Assembly: GCA_964532285.1 (NCBI GenBank)
Contig: CAZHHB010000005.1
Span: 1-60,060 of the forward strand
Source: an uncultured Candidatus Saccharibacteria bacterium
GTDB taxonomy: Bacteria > Patescibacteriota > Minisyncoccia > Phycocordibacterales > PALSA-1337
DNA length: 60,060 bases
Direction of reading: 5' to 3'
Below are positions 37,100 to 45,804 of the stretch, in pieces. How positions within the stretch are numbered: position 1 is the stretch's first letter; the number at the start of each line of letters is the position of its first letter. The notes beneath the pieces were generated by a model. That model did not search any database. It was not told the DNA's origin and saw nothing but the letters and a program-made list of their open reading frames with translations. The position numbers and the translations under genes are program-made.

Positions 37100-37141
37100 C
37101 CACAAGGTCCGACCTAGGAGTTCCTAGGTCGGACCTTGTGG
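37100..37141. repeat. 42-nt near-perfect palindrome made of two short palindromic units
   Basis: ccacaaggtccgacctagga-gt-tcctaggtcggaccttgtgg (20-bp arms). It lies between the divergent GDPD and IMPase-family promoters. Confidence 0.9.
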
Positions 37142-37143
37142 TA

Positions 37144-37172
37144 TTGACTACCTCTTACTATTAGTATATAAT
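37144..37172 (+). promoter_or_regulatory. Canonical sigma70-type promoter
   Basis: TTGACT, 17 nt, TATAAT. It sits 63 nt upstream of ATG 37235. Confidence 0.55.
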
Positions 37173-37234
37173 CTTTGACAGCTAAATAGGGCTTTTTGAA
37201 AGCTGAAAACAACGAAAACAAGGCTGGTAAGTGA

Positions 37235-38179
37235 TTGCCAGCCACAACCATAAGGAACAAAGTGAAAAACAGTCCAATATTGGATGTAATATTAGAAGCT
37301 GTGAAAGCTTCGATGACAGTGGTTCGTGGCAGGCAGGGTGGTTTTGGTTTTGATGTTGAGATAAAGAGGGATAAGTCTCTTCTAACCACGACCGACAAGG
37401 CAAGTGAAAAGATTGCCATGGAGATTCTTCTCAATAATCTTCCTCAGGACTTGGGTATCCATGCAGAGGAGAGGGGAAAAATCAGGATGGGTAATAAGAG
37501 GATCCTCTTCGATCCGATTGATGGGACAAAACCATTTATTGTTGGGGCGACCACATCAACTGTTATCGCTGCACTCTACGATGAAATTCTGAATAAAATC
37601 ACTATCTGTGTCGTCGGCGATCCAGCGACGGGTCGTATCTGGAGTGCGGAAACAGAAAAAGGGGTGACTCTGAGAGAACATGATTTCTCTGACGACAACG
37701 GAGAGTACACGAATGCGATCTCATCCTTTTGCCGTGTCACCCCGCCGGCAACTCTTGGTGAAACTGGTCGAACGGTCTTCTGCGACTTCTATCCGGATTT
37801 CAAACGGAAGGGTCGCACGGTCCTCTCCAACTTCGAGATCGCCATGTTGTTCGAAGGACTGTTCGGTATCTATGGCGTCACCATGTTGGGCTCCAACGGT
37901 GCCCATCACGCTCTGGTTGCGAATGGTGCGCAGGGTATCGCCGGTGCGATCACGACGGCGATCGGCGGACCATGGGATGTGGCGCCGGCGCTCCTGGTCA
38001 CGGAGGCGGGTGGTTTCGCCAGAGCATTCACCGTCCTGCCGGACGGCGAACTCGCAGATCGTGATCCGTTGGATCCGGAGAGTTTCGATATCCTGATCAC
38101 CGCTGTTACGGAGACAGATCTCACGGCGATGGTCTCGATACTCTTCAAGGCCAAGTCCGCCTGCGAAGGTGAAAAATGA
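37235..38179 (+). CDS. Inositol monophosphatase / FBPase-family phosphatase
   Basis: ILFDPIDGTKPF, GGPWDVAPALLVTEAGG. An alternative GTG start at 37262 follows aagga. Confidence 0.75.
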   Translation: MPATTIRNKVKNSPILDVILEAVKASMTVVRGRQGGFGFDVEIKRDKSLLTTTDKASEKIAMEILLNNLPQDLGIHAEERGKIRMGNKRILFDPIDGTKPFIVGATTSTVIAALYDEILNKITICVVGDPATGRIWSAETEKGVTLREHDFSDDNGEYTNAISSFCRVTPPATLGETGRTVFCDFYPDFKRKGRTVLSNFEIAMLFEGLFGIYGVTMLGSNGAHHALVANGAQGIAGAITTAIGGPWDVAPALLVTEAGGFARAFTVLPDGELADRDPLDPESFDILITAVTETDLTAMVSILFKAKSACEGEK

Positions 38180-38212
38180 GTGCGAGGTGACTAAAAATAT
38201 TTAAAAAACAAC

Positions 38213-38242
38213 CCCCACGATGCAAGCATCGTGGGGATTTTT
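38213..38242. terminator. Bidirectional rho-independent terminator
   Basis: An 11-bp stem (ccccacgatgc-aa-gcatcgtgggg) preceded by an A-run and followed by attttt, between convergent genes. Confidence 0.7.
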
Positions 38243-38287
38243 GTAAGAGTTCTAACTAATTGCGTTATCTCAGTGGTGTCAAACCAC

Positions 38288-39577
38288 CTATTCATCGGGC
38301 TGGAGTTCTCTCCCAAGCTGTTCATAGAAGGGGTTTCTGATATTGTCTGCAGAGAAACTCCCACCATTTTCGCTCAAATACCCCATATGATATTTCCTCT
38401 GCCAGACTGAATGGGCAAAGGCAATATACGCACCGCGGAGAAAAGTTGGGATGAACGGGGCGAGTTCTTCGGAATCAAACTGACTGACGAAGTTTTGCCC
38501 GCTTCCATTCATCTCAGTTCCGACGATCACCGGCCAGCCTATTTTATTCGCGGCCGAGATTATCTCCCAGAGATTTTTCAGCTTTTGATCTTTGATCCCT
38601 GGTGTGAAGTTGCGATCGGGAATAATATTGATGGCTGATATTCCATTTCCAACAGCCATCTTTATCAAAACCGAAACATCTCGTTCTCCATCACTCATGC
38701 CGTCAAGCCAAGCCAAAGTCGGTATACCTCCACACTCCAGGATGAATTCATTCATCTCTCGGAGAGTGGGGAACATGCTCTTGCTGATCTTTGGATGTTT
38801 TACCACGCCGCCACGCTTCATTGTCTTGGTTCTTATGAGTGCCTGAAGTGCGGAATCTAAAAAAGGACAGCTACCAAGTTTGTTATACCAAAAATCCTGG
38901 CGTTCACCTTCTTTCGGAAAGACATCTTCTGCTTTGCGCGCATACGCTTGGCAGACATGTCGTTCCGTGACATTGCCTCGTGGTGTAAGGGCGACGACAT
39001 CTTTTTCGTAGTCCAATTTGACCGGATAGAGATATCTATTCACTCGTTCAAGCATTGCTAGGATGCGTTCCTTGGCGAGCTTTTGGGCTCGATCTAGGAA
39101 TGGGTGACTAATCCCTCTGGTAATTCCCAAACCTATGTGATACATGATCCCTGGTTCACCGGGGGAATTAATTACCTTGTCCTTGAATTCTGGGACGAAG
39201 ACGCGTGATTCAATACTGGCGCAGGCCTTGAGACCGATTAGTCTCGCGGCCTCCAGGAATTCGTTGACACCATGTAGGGCATCAAAGTCCACTATACCAG
39301 CAACTGCCAGTCCTTCTTTGCGTGCTTTCCATGCGAAGCCTGTCGGATAATATCCGAAGGTATTGTAGGAATAATTGGTGTGAGCATGCAGATTGACTCG
39401 GCTACCTGATGATGTCATCTCAATGCCCCCCTTTTTGATCAGACGGCAGAGGGCGAGCAGTGCCTTGCGGCGTACAGTAGGATCTTTATCGTCCAGCTCT
39501 CTTTCGAGAGATATGATACGAGAGGTGATATCCCGGCTATCTTTTTTCAGCGTTTTTTTCATAGAATTAGTTGTCAA
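38288..39577 (-). CDS. PHP-domain metal-dependent phosphoesterase
   Basis: RVNLHAHTNYSYN (PHP motif I) plus downstream His/Asp-containing motifs. Confidence 0.55.
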   Translation of the reverse strand: MTTNSMKKTLKKDSRDITSRIISLERELDDKDPTVRRKALLALCRLIKKGGIEMTSSGSRVNLHAHTNYSYNTFGYYPTGFAWKARKEGLAVAGIVDFDALHGVNEFLEAARLIGLKACASIESRVFVPEFKDKVINSPGEPGIMYHIGLGITRGISHPFLDRAQKLAKERILAMLERVNRYLYPVKLDYEKDVVALTPRGNVTERHVCQAYARKAEDVFPKEGERQDFWYNKLGSCPFLDSALQALIRTKTMKRGGVVKHPKISKSMFPTLREMNEFILECGGIPTLAWLDGMSDGERDVSVLIKMAVGNGISAINIIPDRNFTPGIKDQKLKNLWEIISAANKIGWPVIVGTEMNGSGQNFVSQFDSEELAPFIPTFLRGAYIAFAHSVWQRKYHMGYLSENGGSFSADNIRNPFYEQLGRELQPDE

Positions 39578-39757
39578 AGGTTGATGTTTTCTGAACTAGT
39601 AGTACCATTTTTTGCAGTTTATATCGAGTTGACAATATGGTGTATGATGTGTCAGTATGTTTGGCAGTAAACAGTAAACAGGAGGTGTGTACTTAGGAGT
39701 ATATGCTGTGATTGAAAAAACAATAGCCCTCAACAAGGGTAGACAGAAAGATTTTTT

Positions 39758-40462
39758 ATGAATGAAGACATAAAGCCTGGACAACAGGTCGTAGGTGAAA
39801 ATCCGGTTCTAAAAAAGATAATGACGATCCGGGCTGGTGGTGAGAGGATGTTTGAGTCTGGCGTCATGAAACTTTTCGAGGGTTTCCCCGAAAGTCTCAA
39901 GTATCGGGCGAATGTTTCGCTCAAGATGAAAATATTCCTCTCGCCCATCATCTGGGAAGTTTACAAGACAGCGTACCGTCTGGGATTGGTTCCTTTGACG
40001 GCGGAACTGCACTTCCCGTTGCACATGACGCTTCTCGAGGCAAATTGCGACCAGAGCGAGTGGGCGGAGAAAACCGCGATGTGGCATGAATTGGAGAAAG
40101 TGTCCTTTGTTTGTTTGCCTCAAACCGATGCGGATTTGCGTTTCTCGCACCTGGTGATCAATAATTCCAACGATGTCCTGCTCATGTCCGATCAGATCCC
40201 GTCTTGCATAGTCAATTTCCGCAAGAAGATTGCGGAAGTATATGAACGCCATGGATTGCAGGTTCTACCTTTGGATGACAGCATGCATATGAGCATTCAG
40301 CGGTTGCCGGAGGCGAGCAACAAGGAAGTCGGCCAGCTATTCAATCTGAAAGAATATTACCAGGGGATCAGGGCTTTGGAGAAGATTCAGCCTCAGATCG
40401 TCAGGGTAATTGGATTATATTGTGGCCCTGCCATGAGCTTACTTACCCAAAAGCCGAGCTAA
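39758..40462 (+). CDS. Putative 2H phosphoesterase (LigT/cyclic phosphodiesterase-like)
   Basis: Two H-x-[ST]-x motifs, HFPLHMTLLE and DSMHMSIQRL, about 100 aa apart. Confidence 0.4.
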   Translation: MNEDIKPGQQVVGENPVLKKIMTIRAGGERMFESGVMKLFEGFPESLKYRANVSLKMKIFLSPIIWEVYKTAYRLGLVPLTAELHFPLHMTLLEANCDQSEWAEKTAMWHELEKVSFVCLPQTDADLRFSHLVINNSNDVLLMSDQIPSCIVNFRKKIAEVYERHGLQVLPLDDSMHMSIQRLPEASNKEVGQLFNLKEYYQGIRALEKIQPQIVRVIGLYCGPAMSLLTQKPS

Positions 40463-40491
40463 AAATCTGTAGAGGTCCAACCTCTGCACCC

Positions 40492-40552
40492 CCCCCGAGA
40501 TCACTTGCCCTACGAAGCTTCAAGCGTAGTAGGGGATCTCGGGGGATTTTTT
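40492..40552 (+). terminator. Rho-independent terminator (compound hairpin plus T-run)
   Basis: cccccgagatc...gatctcggggg followed by attttttg. Confidence 0.6.
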
Positions 40553-40575
40553 GTCCAAGGTCCGACCTCGGACAA
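40552..40575. repeat. Short palindromic unit, 24-mer identical to 11486-11509
   Basis: tgtccaaggtccgacctcggacaa, intergenic between convergent genes. Confidence 0.9.
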
Positions 40576-40577
40576 GT

Positions 40578-40994
40578 TTACTCAAGTAGATACTTGTCCC
40601 CCTTAACCGAAGGTCTCTTGATGGCTACCAGAGCCCCATCTTCCAGACATTCAAAATATTCCATGACCGTACCCGGTGTGAAATGTATAATATCTCCAGG
40701 TTCTATAATCTCACCATTCATCATATGTTTGCCTGATACTACTACCGTTATCTCATCTGCTACTTTGTGCAAGTGTCCAGGATCAACCTCACCTTTCTTA
40801 TAAAAACGAACCATAACTTCAAAGTCTTTGCTTTTGAGTATGGCAGGATCAAAGTCACCTACTATCCAACCACGGGTGAAATTTTCCAAACGCTGTTTTT
40901 CCAAACGCTTCTTAATTGGCGACTTTGTTGAGGAATTTTTCTCTCCGAGATTATTCTTCACCGCTTTTTGATTATTTTTGATTATTTTAGGCAT
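40578..40994 (-). CDS. Cupin-domain protein with a basic N-terminal tail
   Basis: GHLHKVADEITVVVSGKHMMNGEIIEPGDIIHF has the cupin two-motif layout. Confidence 0.5.
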   Translation of the reverse strand: MPKIIKNNQKAVKNNLGEKNSSTKSPIKKRLEKQRLENFTRGWIVGDFDPAILKSKDFEVMVRFYKKGEVDPGHLHKVADEITVVVSGKHMMNGEIIEPGDIIHFTPGTVMEYFECLEDGALVAIKRPSVKGDKYLLE

Positions 40995-41005
40995 CTGATT
41001 GTCTT

Positions 41006-41623
41006 TTATTTGTTGAATAACAACTTTTCAAAAAGTGAAATGTTAACATCTTCTACACCGCGGACTTCATAGACTATACCACCACTAGCTTTTGCCGAAG
41101 CAATACCATGAGGCGCATCTTCCACTATTATGCATTCTTGGGGTTTGAGCTTCAGGCGATCAAAGGCTGTGAGATATATCTCCGGATGAGGTTTGGAATT
41201 TTTCACCTCATCATTACCTATAATGAGATCAAAGAAATGAAATATCTGAGCAGAGTGTAGCATCAGATGCAGAGTTTCTTTTATAGAATTTGAACAACAA
41301 CCCAATTTTAATCCTTTATTTTTCAGATGTTGCAATAGGATTATCTTCGAATAATCAGGTACACAATATCTCGGTATGATCTGCTTGGTGTGTTTTTGTT
41401 TTAATCCATTTATGAATTCTCGCAAACCTTTTGGCAGACGACCCTGGCGCTCCAGTTCTTCTAGTTTCTTGCGTGTAGTCAGGCCGTTGAAGTATGAATT
41501 ATGCTCATCTTTATTTATCTCCGTACCAAAAAGCCTTAGGACATTATTCAGTGCCTCATAGTGTCCGTCTGGCATATTGACCAGTACACCATCTAGATCA
41601 AATAATACAGCTTTTATTTTCAT
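41006..41623 (-). CDS. HAD-superfamily phosphatase (beta-phosphoglucomutase-like subfamily)
   Basis: AVLFDLDGVLVNM (DxD), CCSNS, VEDAPHGIASAKASG. Confidence 0.75.
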   Translation of the reverse strand: MKIKAVLFDLDGVLVNMPDGHYEALNNVLRLFGTEINKDEHNSYFNGLTTRKKLEELERQGRLPKGLREFINGLKQKHTKQIIPRYCVPDYSKIILLQHLKNKGLKLGCCSNSIKETLHLMLHSAQIFHFFDLIIGNDEVKNSKPHPEIYLTAFDRLKLKPQECIIVEDAPHGIASAKASGGIVYEVRGVEDVNISLFEKLLFNK

Positions 41624-43473
41624 TTTCTGGTGATTAACAATCCTTCAATAATGACATAATCCATGTCTGTGTCCAAAAAGTCAACTATAGCATCTCTCGG
41701 TGTCTCTACGATTGTTCTGCCATGCTTATTGAATGAAGTGTTGATAATTACACCGTAGCCTGTCAAATCTTTCACTTTCTTTAGTAACCTATAATAATTG
41801 GGATTATCTTCGGCAGTTACGAACTGCGCTCTGGCTGTACCGTCTATATGTATAGCGGACGGCAGTTTGTTCCAGAATTCTCTCTTCATCCGGAAAGCGC
41901 AAGTCATGTGTCTATTTAAATAATATTTTTCAAACAGGCGGGGAGCTTCTTCAGCCAATATAGAAGGGCAGAATGGTTGGAATGCTGGACGGCGCTTGAT
42001 CTCTCGATTTATCTTTTCCCTGAAGTCTGGTCGGCGTGGATCAGCGATGATACTCCTGTTGCCGAGTGCGCGTGGCCCCCATTCCATCTTGCCGTGGAAT
42101 ATGGCGCCGATCTTGCCGTCAGATAGTAATTTCGCGGCATGTTCTGGCCAGGAGTCACCCAGATCTTTTGCTTGAACACTATTAGAATAAGTATTTGCAA
42201 TCTTCGTTATCTCAGTTTTTGAATACGATGTTCCGTAATAAGGTACCTTCTCTCCCCTTAGCCACTCCAAGTCTTTCATTGAATAGCCATGCTTCATAAG
42301 TGAAAGTATCACAGCACCTTGTGAAGTTCCGTCATCTGCCATGGCGGGTGTGATGTGGATCTTGTCTGTTAATTTTTCAAATATCATCAGATTCATAATG
42401 ACATTTGCTGTTGCACCGCCGGATAGGCATAGATTTCTCTGATCTGTGATCGTAAATATATGCGTTAAATATTTGAAGGTAATGTCATCTAGGAATTTTT
42501 GTACTGATGCGGCGATTTCTTCTCGCTTATATTTATTCACAAACTTAATCATCTCCGTACGCGGAATAATCTTTTCAGCTTTTGTGACATCGCATACCAG
42601 TGAATGACTTTTCTTATCAATAGAGAATAGAGACATGAAAATGTTGTAGAGTTCTTCGTTTGGTTTTGCGAATGCTGCCAATGCCTCCACCTTACCTTCT
42701 TCGGATGTTGGCTTAAATCCCAGAAGGTCAGTGACATAAGCGTAAATACCGGCAGGGGAACCGAGGATAATATTCGGATATGAAGTGCTACTGATCTTCA
42801 CATAATGACACGGAGACTTCGCTATCTCAGTGAATCCACCATCCTTTACACTTATCACGCGTGAGAATAAATCATCGCCCCAAGCGTCATATGAAAAAAG
42901 CAAAGCGTCTTTGAATGGCGAAGAGAAATAAGAAGAAGTGGCGTGGCACTGTTGATGATCGTAATATTCAATGACAAGATTTGCGTTGGGGAAGAGCCTC
43001 TTCAAATGTTTGCGCATAATGTCTTCCACGCGGATCTTCTTCTTACCAAATACACTGGTGAATTTGTGCCACAAAATAAATCTGCCGTGGCTAGTTTTCA
43101 GTAGATCAAATATTCTGGCAAGGGGTTTCCCGTAAAACTGTTTCTTTTTGGTTTCTAAATCTTTTGTAAATCTGGCATTCCAATGTTTGCGTTCGGCAAG
43201 CTGCAATTCATATTCCACAGGGTGACAAGTCTCTTTCTCTCTAGTCAAGAAAGAATTAGCGAAATAAATATTCTTTACACCAGCCGGATCTATCCTACTT
43301 GCTGTCACGTATTTCTCCAAGACTGGAATAGCGAAAAGCTTGTCATGTTTGTGTCTGGTCAGTCTTTCGGTAGAAACTGCGAATATCTTGTGAGCTTCCG
43401 GCTCCACAACGAAGATGGCACTGTCGTGTTCGTGGAAGTTGCTGCCAATATATATACTTTCTATATTTCTCAT
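41620..43473 (-). CDS. Carbamoyltransferase (NodU/CmcH family)
   Basis: HEHDSAIFVV, HQQCHATSSY, MEWGPRALGNRSIIADPR, HIDGTARAQFV, INTSFNKHG. Confidence 0.85.
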   Translation of the reverse strand: MRNIESIYIGSNFHEHDSAIFVVEPEAHKIFAVSTERLTRHKHDKLFAIPVLEKYVTASRIDPAGVKNIYFANSFLTREKETCHPVEYELQLAERKHWNARFTKDLETKKKQFYGKPLARIFDLLKTSHGRFILWHKFTSVFGKKKIRVEDIMRKHLKRLFPNANLVIEYYDHQQCHATSSYFSSPFKDALLFSYDAWGDDLFSRVISVKDGGFTEIAKSPCHYVKISSTSYPNIILGSPAGIYAYVTDLLGFKPTSEEGKVEALAAFAKPNEELYNIFMSLFSIDKKSHSLVCDVTKAEKIIPRTEMIKFVNKYKREEIAASVQKFLDDITFKYLTHIFTITDQRNLCLSGGATANVIMNLMIFEKLTDKIHITPAMADDGTSQGAVILSLMKHGYSMKDLEWLRGEKVPYYGTSYSKTEITKIANTYSNSVQAKDLGDSWPEHAAKLLSDGKIGAIFHGKMEWGPRALGNRSIIADPRRPDFREKINREIKRRPAFQPFCPSILAEEAPRLFEKYYLNRHMTCAFRMKREFWNKLPSAIHIDGTARAQFVTAEDNPNYYRLLKKVKDLTGYGVIINTSFNKHGRTIVETPRDAIVDFLDTDMDYVIIEGLLITRK

Positions 43474-43474
43474 A

Positions 43475-44464
43475 TTATTTGACTGAGTTGGCCCCTCTCT
43501 TTAATTGCCCCTTCAATCTCTTGATTACACCATATATCTTAATAGTAAGAGGCAAAGCCTTTCTTTTGCCGAAGCATATTTCATAATTACCCATCAGTGT
43601 ATTCCATTTCAACCACTTTTCTTTGATTGAACTCTTTTTTATGGTAAATGGCAAGGTGTCGTATTTGAATTTGTCTGGACTGACGAAGAAAGACATGGGG
43701 TGTCCACGCCAGATGGTTTCTGTCCAAATATCTTTTGGCAAGACTTTCAATTCTCGGGAAATGAATTTATTCCAGACATCCGTCAAATACTTTTCCTTAA
43801 ATATAAATAGATACGTAGTATATATTTTCTGAAAATACGATTGGAAATTCCCATATTTCTTATGATGACAATATTTCATTGCATCATCTATGCCGATAGT
43901 TGGATAGAGGAGTCGTGGACCAAATCCTACTATACATTCTATAAAATCTCGAAAGACTTCTTTTTTGCCCGCATATATGAAATCGCCCATGAAAAATGGC
44001 ATAGTGCTGGACATCTCTGATATGTGTAATTTGTCCGAGCTGGAATCCATCGCTTTGGCAATCCATTTCCAAAAGTTTGTTGACATCAGCATATCTGTGC
44101 GGATTTTCACCAAGAAATTTGGCAATTCATTATTCGGTCTATTCTTCTCCAGTTCTTTCAGTCCCAATAAGGTTCCGAATCTTTGTTTGTATCTGTGATC
44201 GGGATCGCTAGGGAAATTATTGGGAGTGGTGATAGTCGGTATACGAGCTTCTTTCAATCCTTTTAAAATACTCCTCTCTTCGTCATCTTGAGGATCCCAT
44301 GTGGAAACAATAACAGCTCCACCCAATGACGTAATGATCTGGTAGTTTTTTTGTATCGTCTCTAGGTTGTTGAAGTGTTTTATCGGATTACCTGGAATTT
44401 GCCCAGCCAAAGATACGAGAGGACCTTGGATGATAACGCCAAATTTAGTCGCAGGAATATTCAT
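43475..44464 (-). CDS. WavE-like polysaccharide biosynthesis protein (tentative)
   Basis: Shares its motifs with 33112..34128 (see that entry). Confidence 0.4.
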   Translation of the reverse strand: MNIPATKFGVIIQGPLVSLAGQIPGNPIKHFNNLETIQKNYQIITSLGGAVIVSTWDPQDDEERSILKGLKEARIPTITTPNNFPSDPDHRYKQRFGTLLGLKELEKNRPNNELPNFLVKIRTDMLMSTNFWKWIAKAMDSSSDKLHISEMSSTMPFFMGDFIYAGKKEVFRDFIECIVGFGPRLLYPTIGIDDAMKYCHHKKYGNFQSYFQKIYTTYLFIFKEKYLTDVWNKFISRELKVLPKDIWTETIWRGHPMSFFVSPDKFKYDTLPFTIKKSSIKEKWLKWNTLMGNYEICFGKRKALPLTIKIYGVIKRLKGQLKRGANSVK

Positions 44465-44473
44465 GGCGTTGCA

Positions 44474-45730
44474 TTATATCTCATAATCTTTCCTGACCAA
44501 TAGGACGAATATCAATAATATTAGATATGCGGATATCACTCGGGCGAAAACTACTCCAGAAAGTCCCCATATACGAAGGAATATATAAGTGATAACGATT
44601 TGGAAAAGGGGATTGGCGATACTGATAACTAGGAGTTCTTTGGTTTTCTTGTGTGCCAGAAGCACGGATGAAAAAACTATTGATAGTGTTGCGGCTATGG
44701 ATAACGCATACATCTGTGAATACCAAACAGCCTCCATGTATTTCGGGAAGAATATCTGGAATAAGTACGGAGCCAAGAATATATATAATGCCGTGGCAAG
44801 TACGAGAAGCGCGCTGAATATGAAGATTTTTCTCTTCATACCAAGATTTGTATGCCCCTCGCCTTTTTCTGCCAGCTTGGGTATCAGGATGGTGCCGATA
44901 TTCCTGACTATGGCCTTTGCATGTTCGGGGAACGCTACAGCAATGGCATATATAGCCAATTCAGGTGCGCCTATGACGGTAAAGATCAAGACGCGATCGG
45001 CTTGGACAGCGATGAGGCCGATAATATTCAGTAGACTCATTTTCTTGCTGTATCCATACATACCGCTATCTTCTTCCGATCCCGGATTGAATGTTTTGAG
45101 AGTTTTCCTATAAAGCGCGAGAGCAACTATCACATTTGATATAAAATATACAGCCACTATCACAAATATACTCTTGTTGATGAATAGTGCTCCGAGAATA
45201 AGTAGGGTGGGGATGACATTATCTAGGAAATTGTAAATACTGAGTCTCCTATAATCTTTTTTACCATTTATATAACTGGCGAAGAGACCGGCACTGACCA
45301 TGAAAGGTGAACAGACGGCCGCGATGAGGAGGGAAACGCCGAGGATATTATTTTGATGTAGAAAGTAATAGACAGCGGTTCCTATGGAAATAATTATCAT
45401 CGGAACACTCCACTTCATTGACAATCGAAATGCGGACCTGAGTGAGCCTTCAAATCCTCTGGCTACGGACTGGAGAACTGCTGTTGAAAGTCCTGTCAAT
45501 GAAAATGCTGTCATTACAGAAGCAATGGATAATATGTATCTATAAGTACCGTAAGTGTCTTTGGTGAGGAAATAAGCAAAAGCTATAGAAAGTATGAAAT
45601 TGACAGAAGTGGTCAAGATCTGTCCTCCCGTCAGCCAAAAACCTCCATGAGTCAGATAGACCATGTCTGTTTTCGTGTATTTCTCGGTCCAGCGTAGGAA
45701 TCGGTATGCCTTATCTTTAACTTTTTGCAT
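44474..45730 (-). CDS. Polysaccharide flippase (Wzx/MOP superfamily)
   Basis: 418 aa with about 12 TM helices. TAGAAT (minus strand, 45743-45738) lies 7 nt upstream of the ATG. Confidence 0.7.
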   Translation of the reverse strand: MQKVKDKAYRFLRWTEKYTKTDMVYLTHGGFWLTGGQILTTSVNFILSIAFAYFLTKDTYGTYRYILSIASVMTAFSLTGLSTAVLQSVARGFEGSLRSAFRLSMKWSVPMIIISIGTAVYYFLHQNNILGVSLLIAAVCSPFMVSAGLFASYINGKKDYRRLSIYNFLDNVIPTLLILGALFINKSIFVIVAVYFISNVIVALALYRKTLKTFNPGSEEDSGMYGYSKKMSLLNIIGLIAVQADRVLIFTVIGAPELAIYAIAVAFPEHAKAIVRNIGTILIPKLAEKGEGHTNLGMKRKIFIFSALLVLATALYIFLAPYLFQIFFPKYMEAVWYSQMYALSIAATLSIVFSSVLLAHKKTKELLVISIANPLFQIVITYIFLRIWGLSGVVFARVISAYLILLIFVLLVRKDYEI

Positions 45731-45804
45731 AGAGGTTATTCTAGAGCAAATCAGAGGTTTTTACTAGCATTCCTGAATTGCCTTATGATATAGTGTCGTT
45801 TATC

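Noticed and set aside
44589-45113. Long antisense or off-frame ORFs inside well-supported genes. Examples: 44589..45113(+), 48860..49312(-), 53412..53828(-), 36376..36774(-), 37680..38096(+), 1345..1755(-), 4230..4580(+), 5081..5470(+), 39809..40252(-), 47431..47859(-), 20168..20518(-), 10185..10577(-).
   Set aside because: Each lies opposite to, or out of frame with, a gene that has clear family motifs. Their products are low-complexity or Cys/Arg/Ser-rich in the way typical of shadow ORFs. The ones in the GC-rich island follow from the scarcity of stop codons there.
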